DNA of 64,000 nucleotides. Source: Blasia pusilla. Lineage: Eukaryota. Positions 23,170 to 35,100 of the stretch are shown piece by piece. The translations under genes and the position numbers were made by a program. The notes below the pieces were generated by a model. That model searched no databases. It had not been told where the DNA came from and was given only the letters and a program-made list of their open reading frames with translations. The DNA lies in contig CM114271.1 of NCBI GenBank assembly GCA_050084515.1, forward strand, positions 42,284,001 to 42,348,000, in the 5' to 3' direction. The first letter of the stretch is position 1, and every line of letters starts with the position of its first letter.

Positions 23170-25070
23170 GTTTGCACACCACCCACAAAGAGTTTCGGAC
23201 CCCGTCCTCTCTCAATGGCTAAGAGAATGGTCCTTCTAGGATGCGTTGCGGCTTCTCAGCAAGTCCATTATTGGGAGTCTTCAAGCCAAGCTTAGGAAGA
23301 TTGAGCCAGTTTTGGAGGAGGCTAGCCTAGAATCAATTGAGGAGTACGAACTGTGGTTGAAAGAGGTGCATGATAAGCCAGTCAAGAACCTAGGATTTTG
23401 GATCATGTTCGTGAAACACATTCTACGATAATGGAATGTCGACGAGGAGGAGATTAGCGACCCCAAACAAAGAGATTTTTCCAAGAAGAAGAGAGATCTT
23501 CTTGAGCAAACGGCCAAGTCCTCCCACCAATGAGCCACACAGGGGATGGTGTACAGGTTCTTCGTGTACAATGTGAATGCAATACATGGAGAAAGTATCC
23601 AACCACCTCAAAAGTATGGGCTACGCGTCCAGATGGTGAATGATTCTCCATGTACAACGTGGAGATGGCTCAGGAGATAACGGGATGGGAGGTTCTCAAT
23701 TGTGCACTCTAGTTGGACTAGAACGAACAAGGGGAGATAAATGACTACACCTTGATAGCCTTCCATGAGGCTGTTGTGGGTGGCGAGGAGGACATACCCA
23801 ACTTCTTGATGGTTGAGGAGTTCTTTGAGGTTGATGTAGAGAAGTAAGCCCTTGAGACCACAGATCTGGTGTCCAAGATGGTCACAGCCAAGGATAAGTC
23901 AATGGCGGGCCCCTTGGAGAAGGCCAAGGGGTCCATGCAGTGTGAAGCTAGATGCTCAAGGCGGGAAGGATGGGCAAGGGGGGGCCCAAAACAAATTCTT
24001 GTTGATTCGGAGGTTATAGAGACCTTGACAAGCATGCATCAAATTCATGAGAAGCAAAAACACGAGACCATAGTTCCTCGAAAGGAGGAAAAACATATGC
24101 TAAATACCCCCCTTTCTCTTTAGGCAAGCAAAGGGATGGCACGAGTAGGAGCACAATCCTCCTCCATCAAGCCTCTCTGTTGGATGAACTTCAGAAATTC
24201 TTGAGTGAGGAGTCCACAGTTGCCTTGGAGAAGGTGACATTGTTAGGACGAAAGCTTAGAAGAAACGGCCACGCCCCATGGACTATGAATGGGGAAGTTG
24301 AGGATGTTGCAATGGATCTCCTCATTGCAAATTTTCCATCCGGATTCAGGTTGTTCCTTGATGATCCACTCAACCTTGTCCCGGACTGGAACTTGCCACT
24401 CACGTACGATCAGATCGCGTTGTTGTTCTCCTTCGCAAACGCGTACATGAGTGATAAGGGATGTTTCCTTGTTTGACTAGAGGAAGCGCAGACGAGAGTT
24501 AGATCTGCTTTTCAAAGCTGACAAAACATTGTCTTCCTTGAGTCAAGGACATAAATTTTTGCACTCTCCCATGAGGTCTACGCGGATTACTAGAGGCAAT
24601 TGAGAGTGTTCTAGTCGCCTCCACACCAAAATGCACCTGTAAAAGAGCCATTTGTGGTGATACCATCGTCACTACCTGTAATTCCAAAAATTGTGTGGCA
24701 AAGTGAGCGATGATTTTGGAAGGGCTCTCACATGTTAACAAGTGAGTGCATTTAAGCGTTGGTTTAAAAGCGTTTTGGAGCTAGGCACTAGTGGTTTGAA
24801 GTGGAGGAATACATATTGATTCTGAATGGCTGTCACTTTGCATAGCATACAAGATAACTTGTTAGGGAAATTTTTGGAAAAAATCTCCGATTACATGGGA
24901 TCAATATGGTGCACCCAGGGGCAAGACTCTCAAATTCCCCTTCTTTTTCAATCCCCATCTACAATTGTCAAGATAAGCCACTGTTTAGCCCAAAAAAGTC
25001 CAATGTACAGGAATCCATGAGAGTTAGGAACAATTTTGTAGATAACGAGGCAGAAGAGATCATAGACTAA
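23170..25070 (+). pseudogene. ParB-MTase gene copy D fragments (older, more diverged)
   Basis: KIEPVLEEASLESIEEYELWL..DKPVKNLGFWIMF and MDLLIANFPSG...YMSDKGCFLV are homologous to about 5110-6500. About 24880-25070 is homologous to about 7870-8060. Confidence 0.75.
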
Positions 25071-28000
25071 AGTTTCCATTATAAATAAGCGAGTTCCAAA
25101 AAAATTTTAATAAAACATTTGGATGTATTTATTAAACTTTGATGGCTCTAGTTTTGAATGGTGAAGTTTTTTGGGTATTTTTGGAGTTTTTGAAACTTTG
25201 AAACTTGTTGTTTTGGAATCCATGTATGGTTTTTAAGACCGCCTATAACTCGTCAGATTCCAACATGTTAAAACTTGATCTTACCCCTAAGAGTCATGTC
25301 TCACGACTGTTCCTCTTGATGTCATGTCTTGCAACCTATTGGATTCTGATAGGTTGCATGTCTAAATGGAACCTCGGTATTTCCTAATATTTCTTCATAT
25401 GGATGTTTCCTTCTTCTTACCCCTTTTTGCTTACATCCTAACATGCAACCTGTCTGATCTTGACAGATTGTGGGTCCGAATGATTGCCTCCTATTAATTT
25501 TACTCGCTCTTTCTTTTTTCTAAACTCTGATCCGAATGGGACCTGTAGATTTCTTGTCATAACTTCACATGAATGCCAGGTTTTTTCCTTCAATTTTTCA
25601 GTGGTCATGTCTTTTCTCTTATTCCTTGTTTTTTTCTTCTCTTTGATGAGTCGTATCTTCCAACTCTTCCTCTACTTGTCATATCATGCAACTTGTTGGA
25701 TTCCGACAGATTGGTGGGATGAATGCTCATCTTTTTTCCTCTTATTCCTCCATTTACTTCAAACCATACTTTTCCAACATCTGATTTTCTAAGAGGTCGG
25801 AAACTTCTCTTCCCTTCTAATATCCTGCAACTTTTGGCATTCGGACAAGTTGCACGAATGACTTCTGGGATCTGTCATTTATCAAAATTTATTTGTAATT
25901 TTACATTATGACAAATTTTTTTTGCAACTCCCAACACAAGTTCTCATTTCCTTCATCTTGTTGGCTTCCTTCACTTCTGAGATATGTGTTTAACCAGAGT
26001 TGTCAAACATCCATCAACCTAATAAAGGACTCCATATAGCCATTACTTAGCCAAGTCTTGTATGTCATCTGTGGCCTCCAAATCTTTTGAGTCATTTGTG
26101 GCAATATTGAAATCCTCATTTTATACCAACCTCACATCCACACTATTTCCTTACTACTTTGTGTACCCTCTCCTTCCAAGTTCAAGTCCATCTTTAGTAT
26201 CCATTTTTTGCATGTAGGTTTCTAACAAACTATAGTGAAGGAATAAAGGAGTTTGTGAGACTCAATGAACCTATCAGAAAATCACCTCTCTCTTTTAATT
26301 CCTTCATCTCCAAGACTATCATCACTTATTGACTGCAATAATAATATACCCTCGTGTTGGCTTACAAAGAAATTTGATAAAAATCTGGATTACACAAAGT
26401 GTGATGTAAGCATGTTTGAAGTGGTCTTCATATTTCTATCTTCAAATCCTAGTCTCAAAAAAATAAGGCTAGTTTTTTTCCCAATCTGGTCCACTTGTAA
26501 CTCTCTTGTAAACCTTTCTTGCATTTGAAGTAGAGGAGCATATTAAGAAATAGAATGAAGTTTTGAAGGGAGGGAGCGGATTTGGCCCTATTTTTAGAGG
26601 ATAGACTCTCCTCTCTTCCTCTCTCCTCCTAGAATACAAGCCTCCATCCCATTCCCAAATGTCGTGCCATTTGTAGTCATTTTGTGCCGCCAATGTCGTA
26701 CCGTACCGCTAAACCCGCACCGCACATCGATCACATTCGAGTATCTTCAATACCAGAGGAGTACAACTTGTTAATTGGAGAAGTTTGTCTTCAAGACTGA
26801 GTTGGTATCGAGTTTGCACTTGCAAAGGAGCGACACCAACACTCTTCAAGTTATCCATTATGGTCTTTTGCCCTACACGTGTGAGGGGAATTCTAGGTAT
26901 TGGGTAGTTATTTGGGATATTGGGTTTTTTTGCAGATATTGTGAGTACCTCTGATGTATATGGTTTATGAGACATAGACCTCTGTGGGATATCTAGCGTT
27001 GAGGATAATTTTTCAATGAGATGATAGGATAGTAGCGATCTGCGGCACCACGCCGCTTGCTGCCACATAATACACGTCTCAATGAGAGGGAGTGTAAGTT
27101 GAGTGTCGCATGTTTAGACTAATTGCAGTATTACTCGCAAGATTGAGAGTGATCGTGGAAGAGGGGCACGAGGGTCATTGTGGCTTCCTTTCGAGACTTT
27201 GAGAGGCAAGGCGGAGTGGCACGAGGTTTCGAGGATCTCCACCTGAGGGACCGCCCCGATCTCTTTCAAAATAGTCCTCATACAAGAGGGAGGGTGTAGA
27301 GGCGTGTCTTGGTGCATTACCGTACATATTGAGCGGTCCTACCACTTGGGCATATGAGATGGACGAACTGGGTACCATAGAGTTATACGACTTCATTGCT
27401 TTTGGATTTCAAAGCAATCCATCAAAATCTAACGGATCGTTTTGATGCCTAAAAAGAAACCCATCGGATTTCGACGGGTTGAAAAGGTAAAAAAAATTTC
27501 CAAAAAAAATTTCACCACAAAAAATATATATGTATTCTGCCTTCGCAACTCATCAAAATTTTCCTTTCTCCAACTTGATAGAAACCCTCTTCAAATTAAG
27601 AGAGCCCTAGGGGTTGCAAATATGTTCCTCTCTACTCCCTCCTCTTTGCCTCTCTCCTCTCTCCTCTCTTCCTCCCCTCCTACCGCTCCTCGCTAGGAAC
27701 TCTAGAGAGTTCAAACCATTCACGGCAAGGAACGGCATGTTCCATCACTTAGAGGGGGCATCCATGGACGATAACCATGACTTTTCTCAAAGATATGCGC
27801 CTGAGATTGAGGCTGGAGACTCTACTATAACTCGCATTATGTGTCATGGACTAAGCCCTTCCCAAATGAGGAGGAGCTAGGATAGGCTACTTCTTTTGCT
27901 ACTACTGATGTTCTAGGAGGGGTGAGTTGGATTGGGGGGCAGTTGAATTGTCCGGTTCGTTTTGCCTTAGGTTCAAACTCGTGGTTGAATTCTTTACAAA

Positions 28001-30096
28001 GTTGTAGAGGAACTACCAAGGGGTGCGGATTGAGAAGTTGCGTAGCATCCACGGCTTCCATAGGTGCACGGAAGAGAGTTTTCATGGAGCATTCACTCGC
28101 ATGCATTGGTTGATTAGTGTCACTCAAGGGATGATAGATGTCTGGGATGTACAGGCATGCTACAACGAGACCTGCAGAGTGGGGTGAGGCATGTTGTACT
28201 GTTGATGCGTACCTCACCTACGTTGAGAGACTTTTTTGAGATGGCAGAGTGTATTGAGCACAACATGTTTGAGGAGAGTGTAGCAGCCATAAGTCACAGG
28301 CACGAGCAATCACAATAGCCTGCACCACCAGTGTAGCAACATGGATTATGAGAGAGGAGTGTAGCACCACGAGCTCGGGGAGGTTATCGTGAGCATATGC
28401 CACAAAAAGCTACGCCATCATATGCGGCGCAACAGCTACCACCAATAGTTATGTGTTGGGCATGTGGCAGAGCCCATCAGCAGGTTTGCATCCATCACGA
28501 TAGTGGACACGTGCCTCAGCCTAGAGGAGGAGATGGGCCCGCATCAAGAGTCTATTAGGGTGACCAATTTCAATAGTATGGTCATACACATGCGCGATTT
28601 TTCATACTACACCTTGAGTTACATTCGGAGAGAGGGCCAAAGAAGGCACTAGAGTGAGTTGGGGGTCCCGCCTAGATGTGCCTAGAGGTCGTGCGCCAAG
28701 TGGTCCCGTTGGAGGACGAGGAGTTGGATTTTCTCGAGGGGATGGTGAATAGCGTGTAGAGGAGGTAAAGGTGCGCCACCTAGACGCGTCAAGGGAGACG
28801 TAGGGCGTGAGGTTGGGATGGCTGCTTAGATAGAACAATTACAATAACAGATTGTTGCTATGGCATTGCCGTTATCCAATGTTGGATCAATGGCATCCAC
28901 ATCTTATGGAATAACCAAAGACATGGAGGATCCTGGTTGGATATGCAGGGTTGCATAGATGGAGGCAACCGTTGTTGTTACTCGCGGAGCAGCTGCAGAG
29001 TTGGATCCACAAATAGGGGAAGCCAAGAAATACACGACGCTCCCTCAGTCTTTTACTTTATCCAAGGCGATAAGCCCAATAACGGGCCTTAATCAAAGTT
29101 CTCAGATGGTCGATATTTTTGGTGTGTAGGCCCGTAGGGCGATAGGAGAAGTGAGTGCGACAACTCATATTTTTATTGCTCAGGTGGAGCCCGTTTCGAG
29201 TATGTTGTTGGGGCGACCAATGCGACGTACCACATCCCATACTTTTCACTTTCGATGTTAGGACGTCATGCAGTACTCCCGTCGAGGTTTTCTAGCTAGT
29301 CGCTACGCTATATGAGCGTGGAGTTGGTGTTACTGCATCACGTTCAGAGGTGGTGAACCTGCCCTTGGAGCCTATGCTCACACTATCCACCTCATATTCA
29401 TGGCAGATTGTGGCTCCTAGGATGTCAGAGATGCTAGCTAGACTTACATATCATAGTCTCTCCTGGTGTTGTGTTGTTTGATAACTAGGAAGAGGTTTTC
29501 CATTTGGTAAGTCCAAGAGGTACAATACTTTTCCTGTTGCGAGTCTTGTTGGTTTCAAGAGTCCAACCCTTGATGTTGGGGAAAGTGGCGTTTACAATAT
29601 TGGATGTGACGAGGGCGGATGTGGAGCATTGTCCATTCACGATACAGATATCCTCGGATGAAGCGAGTACGACCTAGTTTATCTCCGACATGAGATCGTA
29701 GTGAGGATTAGCACGTAACATCTATCAGATGAGTCTCTAATATGAGCCAAGGCCAAGAATAACGCGAGAAAGTAGGTTTCCCCTTCGTTTCGGCTCATTC
29801 GAAATCATCTAGATAAACTTACTATTTATAGCATATTTCCTTTTTCAGTATAGTTGAATTTTCACTTTGGGAAGTGGCCCTTGACCTCCTACAGCAGGTC
29901 AAAATCCAAAGAGGTGACCTGCGAGCATAGGTTACTATAGAAAGAGCTTGGGTGAGGAAAAGGAATAACCCAAAGAGAGAGAGCTATGGAACTCATTCTC
30001 TATTTGTTGAGCCTCTTGGCATGAGTTGGCGGAGCTATGGTCCTCCTTGGATTGTTTGTGTAACCCAAGCCTCTCATTAGGAGAGTGGGTTTGGTT

Positions 30097-30098
<2 letters not shown>

Positions 30099-30151
<53 letters not shown>
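30099..30151. repeat. (GA)n microsatellite
   Basis: Direct reading of the sequence. Confidence 0.95.
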
Positions 30152-30155
<4 letters not shown>

Positions 30156-32199
30156 TTTTTTTAGTCCACGGGAAGCCGATCTGGCTTATGGGACCCCTTC
30201 CACATATGTGAAATTGACATCGCATCCGACGGGCACCTTCACATCTAGATTTGGGGTTTTTCACTGAGGAGATTTGGTTTTTGTTTTTGTTTTTTTTGTT
30301 GTTTTTTTTCTTTGTGAAGGCCTGGAATTTCATTCATATTTTTAATCACGGGAGCATCGTCAAGGCACACAAGGCGTTCTCTATCTCGAACATGGACCAT
30401 CCATGCCCTAGGTAGGCGACGCCACTGCCCTGGGGTTGAGACCGCCCCCCATTGTCCAAGGGCAGAGTTGAACCCAAGACCTCTTCAAAATGATCTTATG
30501 TTTGTTCAGCTAACCTCTTGGTCATCTACCGCTTGATTTGTGTGCATCATGGATAGACGTTGTGAGAGTGTTACTTTGACTGGATATTTTTTCGTACTTA
30601 TCATTTTGATATTTGGATGTCATGAGTTAGCATGGGATCGCGTGTGTGCATTCGGTAACATCGATGTAGCGATGTGTATGCGTACGATAGATAGAATACA
30701 CCCGTCAGACTTGTAATAAGGTTTGTATGCTCACACTATCTCATATAATATTTGTAATTGAAAGAGAGTTCGTAGTATTCTTCAACATCAAAACTATATG
30801 TGTGACTAGGTATAGAGAGAACAAGAAAGAACAATAGTCATCCCTTGACAACTTGTGTGCAAAAGTCACTCTTTAGGATATGTTTTGGAACTTATTGGTG
30901 GATTTTTAATATTCTTGATTTTTTGAAAACTTTATATGTATGTTGACATAACATTTGTGTCCCGCTCGAAGTCTTACTATTTGAAGAAAAATATACCCTT
31001 CATAGAGGTTTGGAAAGATTTATTTCCATCATCCAACCTTCCAAGCATAGACTACATCGAAGTGTTTCTCACGTGCATTAGACAAATACGAATTTGATTG
31101 CAAGATTGCAATCAAAATCTTATGCATAGAACTTGTTAAAAATCTGTTTAATATCATAGACGTAGATATCACACATTTATTATTTAATATTATTATACAT
31201 ATATGTTCACTTGATTTTTCTTATAAACCTATTTTATAGGATAGACGTAGACATCAAGTTAAAACTCTCGACCTATTGCCATTTGAGACCAAAAGACACA
31301 TTTATACTTCAGATAATTTCATGAACGCGACTCCCTCGATTGGTTCGTACCAGATGAGAAGGATGCAAGCTCTATACAAATGCACGTTATTCATTTAAAG
31401 GTACACTTTGATATTAGGTGACCATGAAAAGTACCCGGAGAATGAAAGATCCTAAAAATAGAATAAGCAGGATGTTGTGGCTGTGATCCTGAAACAGAGT
31501 TGGTTGTCCATCCTAAACTTGAAGAATAGCCATCTACACTTTTAATGTTCAAATGCTTTAAATGATGCCACCGCTGGCAGGCAACGGCACCATGTCAATG
31601 CAGTGCTGGACATGACAATTTCTGTGAAGTCAATCCCCTGGGTCACCTGGTCTCGAATCTCGGAAGGATAAGGACAGTTAAACCCTCACCACAGAGCCAA
31701 AGATATGGTATGACTTTCCATGCTGGTTCCATAGGTTGAGCATAAAACTGACAATTGTAAAGTTGTGATTGATTGGTCAAATATTGAGTTCAGGAGGTTC
31801 CTACTGGGGTCATACCTCCAAATGGTTTACAAGACTTTGCTTGCTATGATACTAGAAGACGTAGTCAACATTCTGGGACCTGTACTTTGCTTGGTTGCCC
31901 ACTCGCGAAAAAAGTTTCTACCTTGGATCTTGAAATCCACATTCCCGTATATATCCAAGATTGAACGATATACGTTCCAAAACTGTGTCAGAGTCCAGCA
32001 CCAATTATTCTAACAGGGTCATCAAGGTTATGTGAGTTCCAAGACCACAACTAAACTGTTTCTCTGTCCAACAGCAGTTATTCTAACTGGACCATCAACA
32101 CATCTAGTACCTAGGCCACATCCCAATCCTGGAATTGAAGACTATTCGACTATACAGGGGCCAGGTCTGAGAAAACAGAGAGCTGTGACAAATTCTTTT

Positions 32200-35100
32200 C
32201 TAGTACACGCGGGCCTTCGGGGGGAAACTCTCGACCTCGTCATCAAGAGTGTTCATGTGCACTGGTCGGTACTCCAGTCGGACTTTACCATCCTCCCAAT
32301 ATCTGCCAACAGAAAAGAAAAAATAGTGCTATCAAGTTTGTGAGATGACTATGAAGGTGCTCTTCACAAGTGGTGGCAAACACACCACCAATTGACAGCA
32401 GTATTTCTCTGGGAATAGTTATGAATCACTACAATTCAGCTTCATGCACTAACTGCGATGTCAAAATGCAACGAATGTACTGGAAGCCTGTCACACTGAG
32501 AAAGGAATGCCTATGCTAAGTTGTACTGCTGCGTGAGTTCCCCAAGAACTCCAATACTTACCCACAAGTGTGTTTCATCCAGTTCACATCATCGCGCGTC
32601 TGCCAAAATAGCAAGAGAATATTAGCACTACAATACCTGTGATAGCTTTCTCCTTTGTTGCTAAAACCAACAGAAAACAAAACCAAAGTTTGTAGTAGAG
32701 ATATACTAGCAGTTTAATGCTCAAGTGACAGCATGCTTACTTTGAAGTCTTCACGTGCGTGAGCACCTCGACTTTCTTTCCGGGCCTCTGCTGAATGCAT
32801 TGTAATCACAGCGTTGATCAAAAGGTTCTCCAACTCAATGGTCTCAGTCAAATCAGTATTCCTGTAGGCATTTCGAAAAAAGAATCACTTTCAGCAAAAA
32901 TACTTTGTTCACAATGATGGTGAATAATCAAAACACTGCAGGCATGAATCTAAACACTGATGAGCGAGACAATGCAAGTAGGCACAAAGTAATTCCACAA
33001 GTTTACCATATGAGACTTCTATCACTGATGTTGACCCGTTCAAACATTTTCCAGACATCGTCAATTTGATGGACACCTGATACACACAGCACTATCATGT
33101 AAGCAGAAATACATGGTCATGGAGTGGACATGGATATAGCTGTTTGAAGTAGCAGTTATCTTCAAGTACAAACACAACATAATCATGGAAGTCAAAATTA
33201 TCCACATCACAAGACATGTAAAGATACACAGACATGTAAAGAACTTAGAGACGAGAATCCCCCTTCATATCCCTCCAACCACAAAGATACCCTAAGGTGA
33301 ACAGGCATAACATGCATGCATAGTACCAATTCAAATTCTTTCCATAACAAGACAAGTGATGCTTCCAAGTCTGAATCACAAAACGTGTATGCTTTGCATT
33401 GTGGCAAGCCTAAGTAAACAGGGACAACAGATATGTCAGGAAATTGATGAAAAGAATCCTTTTCAAAGACCTAGTCCTAAAAACATAGCATAAGGAGAAC
33501 AGGCATTACATGCATACTGATTGAAGTTCTTTCCATAACAAGATTGATGTGGTCGAGGAAGAGAGCATGCTTTGCATTCTGATAAGCCTAAGTAGACAGG
33601 GACTACATATATGTGTGGAAATTAGTGACAAGAATCCATGATCAGACCCCTGATCATGTAAACAAAAGGCATAAGGAGACTAGGCATAACATCCATGCAG
33701 AGTACCAATTGAATTTCTTTTCATAAATTGGCGAGATTCATGAGACTTCCACATTTGGACTAGCAAGAGTCTGCGAGTTGCATTTCTGGCAAGAATGAAT
33801 GCCTCATCTTGGAGTTTCATAGATAGATTAACGTTTCTGGCACTCACATGCAATTTGGACTCAGAAAGGGTCATAACAGTAGATGAAGGGGTAGGAGAGG
33901 TTTAGAAAAAATCAACAAAGGTAACAAGAGGTATCTAGAAGCTCTAAAGTAAATTACCTTCTTCCAGTGTTTCCTGTGTACGGAACACTGCAGCATTATT
34001 CTGCATGACCCTCTGCATTTTGTCACGGATCTGTGCAGTAGATAGATCACCCTTTGCATATCTAAGGGAATCCAACCATGCTATTGTCGCCTCTCCAGCA
34101 TTGCTTGGTAAAGGCTTGTGTGCTTGCCCTGAACACTCTCCAAAAAACTCTCGTCACAGAGGGCCCACAATACGAAGACTTCCATGTCAATTGAGTTCAT
34201 GCTTTCACCTGATGAGTAGTAAGACGTGCTCAATCCCATCTTGAAGTCAAAACCAAGGATCCAGGCGTAATAATTCTTACTGGCCAAGATGATTGGTACT
34301 TGAAAGTCTCCCTGGAGACCATGAAAGCCCCCCAGGTTTTCCAACCAGATCGAACAGGGAAAACCACAGCTTCAATATTGATAGAGTTCCTACAAAGAAT
34401 GCTCAAATTAGCTTCAGAGTGATCTCACCTGGCTTGTAGATCTCAGACACCCTGTTTGCACAAGCCCGCCCGAAAACAACGATGTCCAGAAGTGAATTTG
34501 CTCCTAGACGATTAGCGCCATGAACAGATGCACATGCTGCCTCACCAGCAGCCATCAAGCCTGGAACTACATAGTCTGGATTTCCATCTTTGATAGTCAC
34601 AACCTGTACAAAAGTTCACTACGAATTCAATCACATTTAAAAGCTCTTGCATTCAAAAATAAAATGCTTCAGATAAGAGCCACTATGAGGAGTACATAGT
34701 ACAATCCTGATCATTTCCACCACTGCCAAACATAAAGAGCTAAAAATGCAAAATAAAACTGCATAATCTAGGATGCAGATGTACACTGCTTGCAGATCAA
34801 GAATGATGCTCCACCTCTCCATGATAATTGGTAGGGATACCACCCATGTTGTAATGAACAGTTGGCAATACTGGAATTGGTTCCTTGGTAACATCCACTC
34901 CTGCAAAAATAGCGGCTGTCTCTGAAATTCCGGGCAACCTTTCCTTTAATACTTCAGGAGGTAAATGGTTCAAATGAAGATAGATATGGTCCTTCATTGG
35001 TCCTGCAAGAAAGAAACATCACTTATTATCAAAATAATCTGCACATTCTCAGAATTTTGGCTGTCACCGCATGAAAACATATCAGAGAAGATAGTGACAT

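Larger units (their letters stand above)
12802..27686. mobile_element. MULE-like element (copy C, mosaic with copy D) bounded by candidate purine-rich TIRs
   Basis: Left end GCCGTAAGAGGAGAGGAAGAGAGGAGGGAGGAGAGAGGAA. The reverse complement of the right end is GCGGTAGGAGGGGAGGAAGAGAGG...AGGGAGTAGAGAGGAA. Both ends have similar subterminal sequence with a palindrome (13008, 27458). No TSD was found, so the two ends may belong to different copies. Confidence 0.55.

Noticed and set aside
2448-25070. Bacterial contamination or a prophage explaining the ParB and MTase motifs
   Set aside because: Spliceosomal introns are conserved between copies, the gene is linked to a eukaryotic MULE/SWIM transposase, and the decay is dominated by C>T changes.
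26700-29750. Possible gag/ORF1-like remnants (SYAQVV at about 27350) and other short ORFs
   Set aside because: A single short motif in fragmented frames is not enough to assign a family.
29935-30333. ORFs with SLSLSL/ERERER runs (also 62029-62442)
   Set aside because: These are translation artefacts of GA/CT microsatellites.
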